Positions 18,273 through 28,076 are shown, counted from the first letter of the stretch. The stretch: DNA of 64,000 nt from Lachnospiraceae bacterium (GCA_017470985.1 JAFUXA010000026.1:14922-78921); one strand, 5' to 3'. Numbers and translations are program-made. The notes: generated by a model not told the origin, from the sequence alone.

Positions 18273-18534
18273 CTAAGGGATTGTGTGGCGAAGCACAAAT
18301 GTATTATTGAGTGCTTGCTATCTGTCGGCTTTGGTTATTTAACATAATAAAATCATAATTCTTGACGGATTTATGGTAAATAATCAGCGGGCAAATCGGT
18401 TATAGTTAATGGCGGATGATATAGATATATTGTTGTTGTGAAGTAATATTTGTAAATATTAATTGTTATAGAGATAAAATAATTATCAAGGGTATTTGTT
18501 ATTAAAAGTAATAAAATTAAAAGGAGATATAATA

Positions 18535-18816
18535 ATGGAGAAAAAACAAAAAGCTGTCATTACTGTTGTGGGAAAAGATACAGTTGGTATTATTGCAAAG
18601 GTATGTACATATCTATCTGAGCAAGGTATCAATGTGCTGGATATTTCACAGACTATTGTACAGGATTTCTTTAACATGATGATGATTGTGGATTTGGGAA
18701 ATGCTACTAAATCTCTTGGTGATATTCAGGCAGATTTAGATGCTCTTGGGGAAGAGATTGGCGTTGATATTAAGTGCCAGCGTGAAGAAATCTTTGAGAA
18801 GATGCATCGTATCTAA
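18535..18816 (+). CDS. ACT-domain protein (UPF0237 type)
   Basis: KAVITVVGKDTVGIIAKVCTYLSEQGINVLDISQT is an ACT fold pattern. AGGAG SD before ATG 18535. Confidence 0.75.
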   Translation: MEKKQKAVITVVGKDTVGIIAKVCTYLSEQGINVLDISQTIVQDFFNMMMIVDLGNATKSLGDIQADLDALGEEIGVDIKCQREEIFEKMHRI

Positions 18817-18900
18817 TTGAATTAATTGTAACCGGCATGCTTTCGTGACAATAGTCAGAAGAGCATTTGCATAACTAGACATCATTATAGAGGAATTATC

Positions 18901-20265
18901 ATGGTAAATATATTTGAAGTAAATGAAACCAATAAGATGGTGGAGCAGGAAAACTTAGATGTGCGTACCATCACAATTGGTATTAGCTTGTTGGATTGTA
19001 TAGATTCCGATTTGGATAAGCTTAATGAAAAGGTATACAACAAGATAACAACTGTAGCCAAGGATTTGGCCAAGGTTGGAGCTGAGATAGAAGCTGACTA
19101 TTGTATTCCTATTGTAAATAAGAGAATATCAGTTACTCCAATTGCTATGATTGGAGCTGCTGCATGTAAGAGTCCTGAGGATTATGTGACTCTTGCCAAG
19201 ACAATGGATAGAGCGGCTGCCAAGGTTGGGGCAAATCTTATTGGCGGTTATTCGGCACTTGTATCCAAGGGTATGACTACAGGAGATGAGATGCTTATTC
19301 GCTCAATTCCAATGGCTCTTACTCAGACTGAGAGAGTATGTAGTTCAGTTAATTTGGCATCAACCAAGACTGGTATCAATATGGATGCTGTTCGTCTTAT
19401 GGGTGAGATTTTGCTTGAGGTTGCGGAACTATCCAAGGATAGAGATTCAGTTGATTGCATGAAGCTGGTAGTATTTTGCAACGCACCTGACGATAACCCA
19501 TTTATGGCGGGAGCATTTCATGGTGTTACAGAGGCGGATGCTATTATAAATGTAGGAGTGTCTGGCCCTGGCGTTGTAAAGACTGCTCTTGAATCTGTTA
19601 GAGGAGAGAGTTTTGAAGTATTATGCGAGACTATCAAAAAGACTGCCTTCAAGGTAACTCGTGTTGGTCAGCTTGTAGCACAGGAAGCTTCCAAGAGACT
19701 TGGCATTCCATTTGGTATTATTGATTTGTCTCTGGCACCTACTCCTGCAATTGGTGATTCAGTTGCGGATATCTTGTGTGAAATCGGACTTGAATATGCT
19801 GGAGCTCCTGGAACAACAGCAGCTCTTGCTATGTTAAATGATCAGGTGAAGAAGGGTGGAGTTATGGCTTCATCTTATGTAGGTGGTCTTTCAGGAGCAT
19901 TTATCCCTGTTTCAGAAGATCAGGGAATGATTAATTCTGTAGAAGCTGGAGCGATTACACTTGAGAAGCTTGAGGCTATGACTTGTGTATGTTCTGTTGG
20001 ATTGGATATGATTGCAATTCCAGGAGATACACCTGCTACAACAATTTCAGGTATGATTGCTGATGAGATGGCCCTGGGTATGGTAAATCAGAAGACTACA
20101 GCTGCTAGACTAATTCCAGTAATTGGTAAGGGTGTCGGTGATACAGTGGAATTTGGCGGATTGTTTGGATATGCTCCAATTATGCCTGTAAATAAGTATT
20201 CTTGTGCTGACTTCATTAATCGTGAAGGTAGAATTCCAGCGCCTATTCATTCTTTCAAAAACTAA
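18901..20265 (+). CDS. UPF0210/DUF711 (PFL-like) family protein
   Basis: 454 aa. Starts ...[17 protein letters not shown]..., characteristic of the UPF0210 family. Conserved pairing with the upstream ACT protein. Confidence 0.75.
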   Translation: MVNIFEVNETNKMVEQENLDVRTITIGISLLDCIDSDLDKLNEKVYNKITTVAKDLAKVGAEIEADYCIPIVNKRISVTPIAMIGAAACKSPEDYVTLAKTMDRAAAKVGANLIGGYSALVSKGMTTGDEMLIRSIPMALTQTERVCSSVNLASTKTGINMDAVRLMGEILLEVAELSKDRDSVDCMKLVVFCNAPDDNPFMAGAFHGVTEADAIINVGVSGPGVVKTALESVRGESFEVLCETIKKTAFKVTRVGQLVAQEASKRLGIPFGIIDLSLAPTPAIGDSVADILCEIGLEYAGAPGTTAALAMLNDQVKKGGVMASSYVGGLSGAFIPVSEDQGMINSVEAGAITLEKLEAMTCVCSVGLDMIAIPGDTPATTISGMIADEMALGMVNQKTTAARLIPVIGKGVGDTVEFGGLFGYAPIMPVNKYSCADFINREGRIPAPIHSFKN

Positions 20266-20334
20266 GATAATTATATGTTAGAAGTAAAATATAATACATA
20301 GAATTAAGTAAAATATAATATATAGAATTAAGTG

Positions 20335-20367
20335 AAAAGGTCACCTCTTTATGAGGTGACCTTTTTG
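20335..20367. terminator. Bidirectional rho-independent terminator between convergent genes
   Basis: AAAAGGTCACCTC-TTTAT-GAGGTGACCTTTT, with A/T runs on both sides. Confidence 0.85.
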
Positions 20368-20403
20368 ATGAATCTTTTTTACTGATTGTTTGCTTTGTTC
20401 ACT

Positions 20404-20667
20404 TTATGCCAATCCGTAAAGTGCCATTATAGAAGCAAGTACTGTAGCTCCGATGAGGAACCAGAGAACAATTCCAATAAGCATCCAGATAAGGTTTGCC
20501 TTTGCCCAGTTCTTCTTGCTCTCATCAGCAGTATTGCCAAATGCCCAAACAAAGAGCATAACCAAACCTACAACAGGAATCAGTGTAAGCAAAATTGTTA
20601 CAAACCACTGTCCCATAGAGGATGGCTGCGATGGCTGTGATACTGGTGTTGTGTAATTCTCTTCCAT
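20404..20667 (-). CDS. Small two-TM membrane protein (87 aa), function unknown
   Basis: AAAGGAGAG SD upstream, two hydrophobic helices, Pro/Ser/Gln-rich N-terminus. Confidence 0.6.
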   Translation of the reverse strand: MEENYTTPVSQPSQPSSMGQWFVTILLTLIPVVGLVMLFVWAFGNTADESKKNWAKANLIWMLIGIVLWFLIGATVLASIMALYGLA

Positions 20668-20747
20668 TTTTCAAAACTCTCCTTTCATATAATCCACAGA
20701 TTATTTTATAACAAGCGATAACTATACACAAGAGCGAATGTGGGAAG

Positions 20748-20918
20748 GTACTTTGTTTTCGATATCTCGATTTAATCTGAAATCGGTGTATGGATATTTA
20801 CGGCTGGATGGTTTGATGTCATTAAGTTCAATCTTTTCCCAAGCACGCTTTCTAGAAGTTGCCTGCTTAGATTTAGAAGCAAGCACTGTAGCGCCAACAA
20901 GGAATCGAAGAATGTGTA
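20748..20918 (-). pseudogene. Chimeric gene relic: a fragment of a small-membrane-protein paralog fused to an internal ABC-F fragment
   Basis: 20748-20880 aligns by eye at roughly three quarters identity with 23141-23273, which lies inside the ABC-F gene. 20874-20915 aligns with 20430-20470, the 3' part of the 87-aa membrane protein gene. The minus-strand reading is ..ILRFLVGATVLAS|KSKQATSRKRAWEKIELNDIKPSSRKYPYTDFRLNRDIENKV. It has no start or stop context. Confidence 0.75.
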
Positions 20919-21008
20919 ATTATTTAACGAAATATATAAAGAACGAATACGTTGATGAATACCTTTGATTAAACTTGGTTATAAAGTACTTTATTGGAGG
21001 GTTGGAAG

Positions 21009-21743
21009 ATGTATACTGTGGCATTTTGCGATAGTGATATTGATTTACTTAGAAAATATGAAAGAACAGTGGGCGATTTTTTTGCTCAGAAATCCATAGA
21101 TATTCGCATATTGTTATTTCTTAGTGGGGATGAACTGTTAGAGAAATATCATGAAGGGAAATTACAGCAAATAGATTTATTATTTTTGGAAATAGAATTT
21201 CCTGGTGCTAGTGGTATTGAAGTAAAGAATGTTTTATCGACCAGTTCAGTTGTTAGAAGGATTATTTTTTTGTCTAATAATAGTGATTATATGCAGGATG
21301 CTTTTGGATTGAAAGTTATGAAATATATTAAAAAAACGATTGATGTTCTTGATATATGTAGAGAAATTGAAGCTGTTTATATAGATTTATATGCAAATAG
21401 GTTGATATGTTACTTGAATGGAAAGAAAGAAGAGTGCTTTTGGATGCACGAATTGATTTATATTGATGTGGATCGTGAATATACAAAATTGCATTTTTCG
21501 GATAAAGGGGATGTGCTGACTCATCATAATTTTCCATATTGGAAAAACAAGTTTAAGGAAACACAAGTTGTTCAAATACATCGAGGGTTCTTGGTGAATT
21601 TGGATTATGTAAAAAAGTTGGACTGTCAAAGTATTATGTTGAAGAACGGCTTCAAGCTAAAGGTGGGACGTTATTATTATAAGCATGTGAAAGATGCTTT
21701 AAATCGATATAGAATTGGCATTGAAACTAGAAAAATCCAATAA
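21009..21743 (+). CDS. LytTR-family DNA-binding regulator with an atypical (Asp-to-Glu) receiver-like N-domain
   Basis: The C-terminal LytTR pattern is (ELIYIDVDREYTKLHF...VQIHRGFLVNLDYVKKL). The N-terminal receiver-like fold has FCDSD and LLFLEIEFPGASGIE. GGAGGG SD before ATG 21009. Confidence 0.75.
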   Translation: MYTVAFCDSDIDLLRKYERTVGDFFAQKSIDIRILLFLSGDELLEKYHEGKLQQIDLLFLEIEFPGASGIEVKNVLSTSSVVRRIIFLSNNSDYMQDAFGLKVMKYIKKTIDVLDICREIEAVYIDLYANRLICYLNGKKEECFWMHELIYIDVDREYTKLHFSDKGDVLTHHNFPYWKNKFKETQVVQIHRGFLVNLDYVKKLDCQSIMLKNGFKLKVGRYYYKHVKDALNRYRIGIETRKIQ

Positions 21744-21944
21744 TGGTTGGATGCTATTAGTAGCAAAAATATGTCGTTTATAGATAATTGATTGACAAAT
21801 GCTATTGGTCACAGTATTTTTTAATTAAATACAGAATGCGGTTAGTAACAATGGAAAATGATGGTGTTTACAATTTTGGTAATTGAGAAAGGAGGACAAT
21901 TACAAAAGTAGGAACAATTGTAAGAATGTATGGAGGGTTTTGCT

Positions 21945-22337
21945 ATGAAAAAGATAATAATAATTATTATGTCAATTATTAATTTTATAGATTTGGCTTT
22001 GCTTACAAATGGATTTAAGCATGTTTTGTGGACTTCGATTCCTATTACAGGGATGTTGGTATCTGTTCTTGTAGGATATGCTATTCTATTTCATATTTTT
22101 AGATTGACATATTTTTATAATGTTTCAGATAATAAAAATCTGATGAAAGCGTTACAAACGATTGTTTTATCAGTGATTATTGTTTTGTTTTTTGTAATTC
22201 AACCTGTTGATGAATTTAACATGTTTTATAGTACAAGTATGTTTGGCTTATTTATAATTAGCGTAGGGATAGATGGCTCTGTATTAAGAAAATATTTTAA
22301 TATGAATCAGGAGGTTCCTTTGGACTCAAAGCATTAG
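21945..22337 (+). CDS. Small polytopic membrane protein (about 130 aa, about 4 TM), unknown function
   Basis: Hydrophobic segments throughout. GGAGGG SD before ATG 21945. AT-rich, like the LytTR gene. Confidence 0.55.
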   Translation: MKKIIIIIMSIINFIDLALLTNGFKHVLWTSIPITGMLVSVLVGYAILFHIFRLTYFYNVSDNKNLMKALQTIVLSVIIVLFFVIQPVDEFNMFYSTSMFGLFIISVGIDGSVLRKYFNMNQEVPLDSKH

Positions 22338-22383
22338 AATACTCATTATTGAATAAATGAATTGGTGAAGACTATAAATAAAA

Positions 22384-22429
22384 CAGGAGCGAATTATGTT
22401 ATAAACATAATTTGCTCCTGCCTTTTTTT
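22384..22429. terminator. Bidirectional terminator between the membrane protein gene and the ABC-F gene
   Basis: CAGGAGCGAATTATGTT-ATAA-ACATAATTTGCTCCTG followed by T7. Confidence 0.8.
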
Positions 22430-22464
22430 ACAGTTAAAAGAATGATTAGAATAGATATGAAATT

Positions 22465-24099
22465 TTAGTCTTCATCATCAGACTTTACATCATATACAGT
22501 TCTCTTACGAGCCATCTCATCGCTCTCGAGGTACTCGTCATATGTAGACATCTTATCCACGATAGTTCCATTTGGCAGAATCTCAATAATTCTATTTGCA
22601 GTAGTTTCCACAATCTGGTGATCTCTAGAAGAGAAGAGAAGTACACCAGGGAACTTGATGAGTCCGTTGTTAAGTGCTGTGATTGACTCCATATCCAAGT
22701 GGTCAGTAGGCTCGTCGAGAATCAATACATTTGAACCTTCAATCATCATACGAGAGAGAAGGACACGAACCTTTTCTCCTCCGGATAATACTTTCATTTT
22801 CTTCACACCATCTTCTCCGGCGAAAAGCATTCTGCCCAGGAAGCCACGTACATATGTAGCATCTTTGATCTCTGAGAACTGAGTTAACCAATCAACGATG
22901 ATTAAATCGTTATCAAATATCTTGGTGTTGTCCTTTGGAAAATATGACTGAGATGTTGTTACACCCCATTTATATTCACCTTCATCCGGTTCCATTTCTC
23001 CGGACAAAATCTGGAATAATACAGTCTTGGCAGCTTCATTTGCACCGACAAAAGCAACCTTGTCGTCGTGGTTTAATGTGAAGCTTATGTTATCTAAAAC
23101 TTTGACTCCATCAATTGTCTTGCTGAGGCCTTCAACTGACAATACTTCGTTACCAATCTCACGATTTGGTCTGAAATCGATATATGGATATTTACGACTA
23201 GATGGCTTGATGTCATCCAACTCGATTTTTTCCAAGGCTCTCTTTCTTGATGTAGCCTGCTTAGACTTAGAAGCATTTGCTGAGAAACGCTGGATGAAGT
23301 CCTGCAATTCCTTGATCTGTTCTTCCTTCTTTTTGTTGGCTTCTTTACGTTGCTTGATAATCAGCTGGCTTGACTCATACCAGAAGTCGTAGTTTCCGGC
23401 AAATAACTGGATTTTACCATAGTCGATATCTGCAATCTGAGTACATACCTTGTTCAGGAAATATCTATCATGGGATACCACAATTACAGTATTCTCGAAG
23501 TTGATGAGGAATTCCTCCAACCATGCAATGGCATCAAGATCCAAGTGGTTAGTAGGCTCATCAAGAAGCAGGATGTCAGGGTTTCCGAAAAGCGCTCTTG
23601 CTAGAAGTACCTTGACCTTCTCGGCACCGGTGAGATCACCCATGAGAGTGTAGTGGATTGATGTGTCGATTCCAAGACCATTTAACATAGTAGCAGCATC
23701 AGACTCAGCATTCCATCCGTCCATCTCTGCGAATTCTGCTTCGAGTTCAGCAGCGCGAACACCATCTTCATCTGAGAAATCTTCCTTCATATAGATGGCT
23801 TCTTTCTCTTTCATAATGTCATAGAGTTTCTTGTTTCCCATGATTACAGTGTCAAGAGCTGTGAATTCGTCATACTTGAAGTGATCCTGCTCCAAAACTG
23901 ACAATCTCTGTCCAGGAGTGATGATTACTTCGCCGTTTGTTGGCTCGATAACACCTGATAAAATTTTGAGAAATGTTGATTTACCGGCACCATTTGCACC
24001 AATAAGTCCGTAGCAGTTACCTTCTGTGAATTTTACATTTACATCTTCGAATAAGGCCTTTTTGCCAAAACGAAGAGCAACATTACTTGCTTGAATCAT
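22465..24099 (-). CDS. ABC-F family ATPase (two ABC domains, no TM; YbiT/translation-factor type)
   Basis: Two Walker A motifs (GANGAGKST; GANEAAKT variant), two signature/Walker B sets (LSGGEKVRV..LLLDEPTNHLD/ILDEPTDHLD) and an inter-domain linker. Confidence 0.88.
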   Translation of the reverse strand: MIQASNVALRFGKKALFEDVNVKFTEGNCYGLIGANGAGKSTFLKILSGVIEPTNGEVIITPGQRLSVLEQDHFKYDEFTALDTVIMGNKKLYDIMKEKEAIYMKEDFSDEDGVRAAELEAEFAEMDGWNAESDAATMLNGLGIDTSIHYTLMGDLTGAEKVKVLLARALFGNPDILLLDEPTNHLDLDAIAWLEEFLINFENTVIVVSHDRYFLNKVCTQIADIDYGKIQLFAGNYDFWYESSQLIIKQRKEANKKKEEQIKELQDFIQRFSANASKSKQATSRKRALEKIELDDIKPSSRKYPYIDFRPNREIGNEVLSVEGLSKTIDGVKVLDNISFTLNHDDKVAFVGANEAAKTVLFQILSGEMEPDEGEYKWGVTTSQSYFPKDNTKIFDNDLIIVDWLTQFSEIKDATYVRGFLGRMLFAGEDGVKKMKVLSGGEKVRVLLSRMMIEGSNVLILDEPTDHLDMESITALNNGLIKFPGVLLFSSRDHQIVETTANRIIEILPNGTIVDKMSTYDEYLESDEMARKRTVYDVKSDDED

Positions 24100-24482
24100 T
24101 TTTCACCTCATTAATTTATTATAATTTGTTAGCTGTTCATAAGTTGATATGTTATTTACCCTCGTGGGGAAAATGTTTCTACTTATATAAATGCGCACAT
24201 AGACGCATCGCTTTTATTTTATACTATATTTGTAATTTTACAAGTGACAGGGATATAGAAAATAGTAGTGGGAGTGTATTTTTTATGTGAAATGTTGACA
24301 AATGCTTAGACATTTTCCATAAAAAATGTACTTGATTTTGAACAGATAGAGATATTGATTTTTGTATATATAATAACTAGAATTAATTCTAGAGCATCAC
24401 GCGCTTATAGGGTCTTTATGCCCTAAAATAAGCGCTTAATGTGTTTTTTAGTAAAAGGATTCTATATTAGGAGGAAATTAAC

Positions 24483-27400
24483 ATGAAGAGATCTATGAAG
24501 ACCATGGATGGAAACCATGCTGCTGCACATGCTTCTTATGCATTTACAGATGTAGCTGCTATCTATCCAATCACTCCTTCATCTGTTATGGCAGAAGCTA
24601 CAGATGAATGGGCTACAGCAGGTCGCAAAAACATTTTCGGACAGCCTGTACAGGTTACAGAAATGCAGTCAGAGGCTGGTGCTGCAGGAACTGTTCACGG
24701 TTCACTTACAGCTGGTGCTTTGACAACAACTTACACAGCATCACAGGGATTATTACTTATGATTCCTAACCTTTACAAGATTGCTGGTGAGAGATTACCA
24801 GGTGTATTTAACGTATCAGCTCGTTGTGTAGCTTCACACGCATTAAATATTTTTGGTGATCACTCTGATGTATACGCTTGCCGTCAGACAGGTGTTGCAA
24901 TGCTTTGTGAGTCATCAGTTCAGGAAGTTATGGACTTGACACCAGTTGCTCATATGGCAGCTATCGAGGGTAGACTTCCATTCATCAACTTCTTTGATGG
25001 ATTTAGAACTTCTCATGAAATTCAGAAGATTGAGACATGGGATTATGAAGACCTCAAGGATATGGTAAATATGGATGCAATCGATGCATTCCGTGCAAAC
25101 GCATTGAATCCAAACCATCCACAGGAATTAGGTTCTGCACAGAACCCTGACATCTTCTTCCAGTCAAGAGAGGCTTGTAACACAGCTTATGACGAGATGC
25201 CAGCAGTTGTTCAGAAGTACATGGACAAGGTAAATGAGAAGCTTGGTACAGATTACAAGTTATTCAACTACTATGGTGCTCCAGATGCAGAGAGCGTAAT
25301 CATCGCTATGGGTTCTGTATGTGAGACAATCGATGAGACAATCGATTACTTAGTAGCAAAGGGACAGAAAGTCGGTGTTGTAAAGGTTCGCCTCTACAGA
25401 CCATTCGTAAAGGAAGCCCTTATCGAAGCTATTCCAGATTCAGTTAAGAGAATCTCTGTATTAGATAGAACAAAGGAGCCAGGATCACTTGGTGAGCCAC
25501 TTTACTTAGATGTTGTTGCAGCTCTCAAGGGTTCTAAGTTTGATTCAGTTAAGATCAGAAGCGGACGTTATGGTCTTGGATCAAAGGATACAACTCCTGG
25601 ACAGATTATTTCTGTATTTAACAATGAAGAGAAGGATCGTTTCACAATCGGTATTATCGATGATGTAACAAATCTTTCACTTGAGATTAAAGAGAATCCT
25701 GTTACTACTCCAGAAGGAACAACAAACTGTAAGTTCTGGGGACTTGGTGCTGACGGTACTGTTGGTGCTAACAAGAACTCTATCAAGATTATCGGTGATA
25801 ACACAGATATGTACGCTCAGGCTTACTTCGATTATGATTCAAAGAAGTCAGGTGGTGTTACAATTTCTCACTTGAGATTTGGTCATACACCAATCCGTTC
25901 TACATATCTTATTTCACAGGCTAACTTCGTAGCATGTCACTGTACAGCATACATCTACAAGTACAACATGGTTCAGGATCTTGTACCAGGTGGTACATTC
26001 CTCTTCAATACACAGTGGTCTGTAGATGAGTTGGATGAGAAGTTGCCAGGACAGGTTAAGAGATACATCGCTGAGAACGATATCCAGTTCTACATCATTG
26101 ATGGTGTTAAGATTGGTAAGGAAATCGGTCTTGGAAAGAGAATTAATACTGTACTTCAGTCAGCATTCTTCTCACTTACAAAGCTTATCCCTGAGGAGCA
26201 GGTTATCCAGTTAATGAAGGATGCTGCTACAAAGTCATATGCTGCAAAGGGTGATGACATCGTTAAGATGAACCATGACGCTATTGATGCTGGTGCTACA
26301 GCTTATGTTAAGGTTGAAGTTCCAGAGTCATGGAAGAACTGCACAGATGATGATTACACAAGAGAAATCAAGGGTGACCGTCAGGATGCTGTTGATTTCG
26401 TTAAGGATATCCAGACAAAGGTTAACGGACAGCAGGGTAACACAATTCCTGTATCTGTTGTTAAGAAGTATGAGACAGGTAATACACCTTCTGGTACAGC
26501 TGCATTCGAGAAGCGTGGTGTTGCAACTGACGTTCCTGTATGGGATGCTACAAAGTGTATCGAGTGTAACCAGTGTTCATACGTATGTCCACATGCTGCA
26601 ATCAGACCTGTAGCTCTTACAGAGGCTGAGGATGCTGCTAAGCCAGCAGGTATGGAGACAAAGCCACTCAACATGATGCCAGAGTACAAGTTCGCTGTAG
26701 TTATTTCTGCATTCGACTGTACAGGATGTGGCTCTTGTGCAAATGTATGTCCTGATAAGGTTCAGGCTATCACAATGAAGTCATTTGAAGAGAACGAAGA
26801 CGAGCAGGCATACTTCGATTACGCTGTATCACTTCCAGACAAGGAAGATGTTATCGAGAAGTTCAAGCTCGCTTCTGTAAAGGGATCTCAGTTCCGTCAG
26901 CCACTTCTTGAGTTCTCAGGAGCTTGTGGTGGATGTGGAGAGACTCCATATGCTAAGTTGATTACACAGTTGTTTGGTGACAGAATGTACATCGCAAATG
27001 CTACAGGATGTTCATCAATTTGGGGTAACTCATCACCATCTACACCTTACACAGTAAACAAGGCAGGACATGGTCCAGCTTGGTCTAACTCACTCTTTGA
27101 GGATGCTGCTGAGTTTGGTTATGGTATGTTACTTGCTCAGAGAGCTATCAGAGATCGTCTTGCTGATGAGTTAGATACTCTTAACGAGAACACAAGCAAT
27201 GCTGATGTAAAGGCTGCTATCGCTGAGTGGAAGGATACATTCAATTCAGGTGTGACAAATGGTGCTGCTACAGATAAGCTTGTTGCTGCATTAGAGTCAT
27301 GCGGATGCGATGCTTCAAAGGCTATTCTTAAGGAAAAGGATTACCTTGCTAAGAAGTCACAGTGGATCTTCGGTGGTGACGGATGGGCATACGACATCGG

Positions 27401-28016
27401 ATTCGGTGGTGTTGACCATGTTCTTGCATCAGGAAAAGATATCAACGTAATGGTATTCGATACAGAGGTTTACTCTAACACAGGTGGACAGTCTTCTAAG
27501 TCTACACCAGTTGGTGCTATCGCTCAGTTCGCTGCAGGTGGTAAAGAGACAAAGAAGAAGGATCTCGCTGGTATTGCAATGTCATACGGTTATGTATATG
27601 TAGCACACATCTCTATGGGTGCTGATATGAACCAGACAGTAAAGGCTCTTGCAGAAGCTGAGGCTTATCCAGGACCATCACTTATCATTGCATACGCTCC
27701 ATGTATCAACCATGGTATCAAGAAGGGAATGAGCAAGGCTCAGACAGAAGAGAAGCTTGCTGTTGAGTCAGGATACTGGTTCAACTTCCGTTACAACCCA
27801 GCACTTAAGGTTGAAGGAAAGGATGCATTCTCACTTGATTCAAAGGCACCTTCATTCGAAGAGTACCAGGGATTCCTTAAGGGTGAGAACAGATATGCTT
27901 CACTTGCTAAGTTCAACCCAGAGAGAGCTGCTGAATTATTCGCTCAGTCAGAGCAGAATGCTCAGGAGAGATATGCTTACTTACAGAAGTTAGTATCTCT
28001 TTACAAGGCTGACTAA
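24483..28016 (+). CDS. nifJ: Pyruvate:ferredoxin (flavodoxin) oxidoreductase
   Basis: 1177 aa. Two 4Fe-4S ferredoxin motifs (CIECNQCSYVCP, CTGCGSCANVCP). TPP-binding GGDGWAYDIG. Typical PFOR N-terminus MDGNHAAAHASYAFTDVAAIYPITPSS. Confidence 0.95.
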   Translation: MKRSMKTMDGNHAAAHASYAFTDVAAIYPITPSSVMAEATDEWATAGRKNIFGQPVQVTEMQSEAGAAGTVHGSLTAGALTTTYTASQGLLLMIPNLYKIAGERLPGVFNVSARCVASHALNIFGDHSDVYACRQTGVAMLCESSVQEVMDLTPVAHMAAIEGRLPFINFFDGFRTSHEIQKIETWDYEDLKDMVNMDAIDAFRANALNPNHPQELGSAQNPDIFFQSREACNTAYDEMPAVVQKYMDKVNEKLGTDYKLFNYYGAPDAESVIIAMGSVCETIDETIDYLVAKGQKVGVVKVRLYRPFVKEALIEAIPDSVKRISVLDRTKEPGSLGEPLYLDVVAALKGSKFDSVKIRSGRYGLGSKDTTPGQIISVFNNEEKDRFTIGIIDDVTNLSLEIKENPVTTPEGTTNCKFWGLGADGTVGANKNSIKIIGDNTDMYAQAYFDYDSKKSGGVTISHLRFGHTPIRSTYLISQANFVACHCTAYIYKYNMVQDLVPGGTFLFNTQWSVDELDEKLPGQVKRYIAENDIQFYIIDGVKIGKEIGLGKRINTVLQSAFFSLTKLIPEEQVIQLMKDAATKSYAAKGDDIVKMNHDAIDAGATAYVKVEVPESWKNCTDDDYTREIKGDRQDAVDFVKDIQTKVNGQQGNTIPVSVVKKYETGNTPSGTAAFEKRGVATDVPVWDATKCIECNQCSYVCPHAAIRPVALTEAEDAAKPAGMETKPLNMMPEYKFAVVISAFDCTGCGSCANVCPDKVQAITMKSFEENEDEQAYFDYAVSLPDKEDVIEKFKLASVKGSQFRQPLLEFSGACGGCGETPYAKLITQLFGDRMYIANATGCSSIWGNSSPSTPYTVNKAGHGPAWSNSLFEDAAEFGYGMLLAQRAIRDRLADELDTLNENTSNADVKAAIAEWKDTFNSGVTNGAATDKLVAALESCGCDASKAILKEKDYLAKKSQWIFGGDGWAYDIGFGGVDHVLASGKDINVMVFDTEVYSNTGGQSSKSTPVGAIAQFAAGGKETKKKDLAGIAMSYGYVYVAHISMGADMNQTVKALAEAEAYPGPSLIIAYAPCINHGIKKGMSKAQTEEKLAVESGYWFNFRYNPALKVEGKDAFSLDSKAPSFEEYQGFLKGENRYASLAKFNPERAAELFAQSEQNAQERYAYLQKLVSLYKAD

Positions 28017-28044
28017 TTCGAGGCTTGTATAACTTGAGATGATA

Positions 28045-28076
28045 GAACCCGTCACTTTGGTGGCGGGTTCTTTTTG
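28045..28076 (+). terminator. Rho-independent terminator after nifJ
   Basis: GAACCCGTC...GGCGGGTTC followed by TTTTTGTTT. Confidence 0.8.

Noticed and set aside
20738-20968. 76-aa plus-strand ORF.
   Set aside because: It is the antisense reading of the ABC-F/membrane-protein relic. The same antisense peptide pattern (..GLKSIYGYLRLDGLMS..) appears opposite the intact ABC-F gene at 23027-23392, so it is a shadow frame.
24179-24208. 9-codon upstream ORF (MRLCAHLYK, minus strand) as a possible regulatory leader peptide for the ABC-F gene.
   Set aside because: There is no Shine-Dalgarno in front of it and no convincing alternative terminator/antiterminator structures. The ABC-F looks like a housekeeping YbiT-type protein rather than an antibiotic-resistance ARE type.
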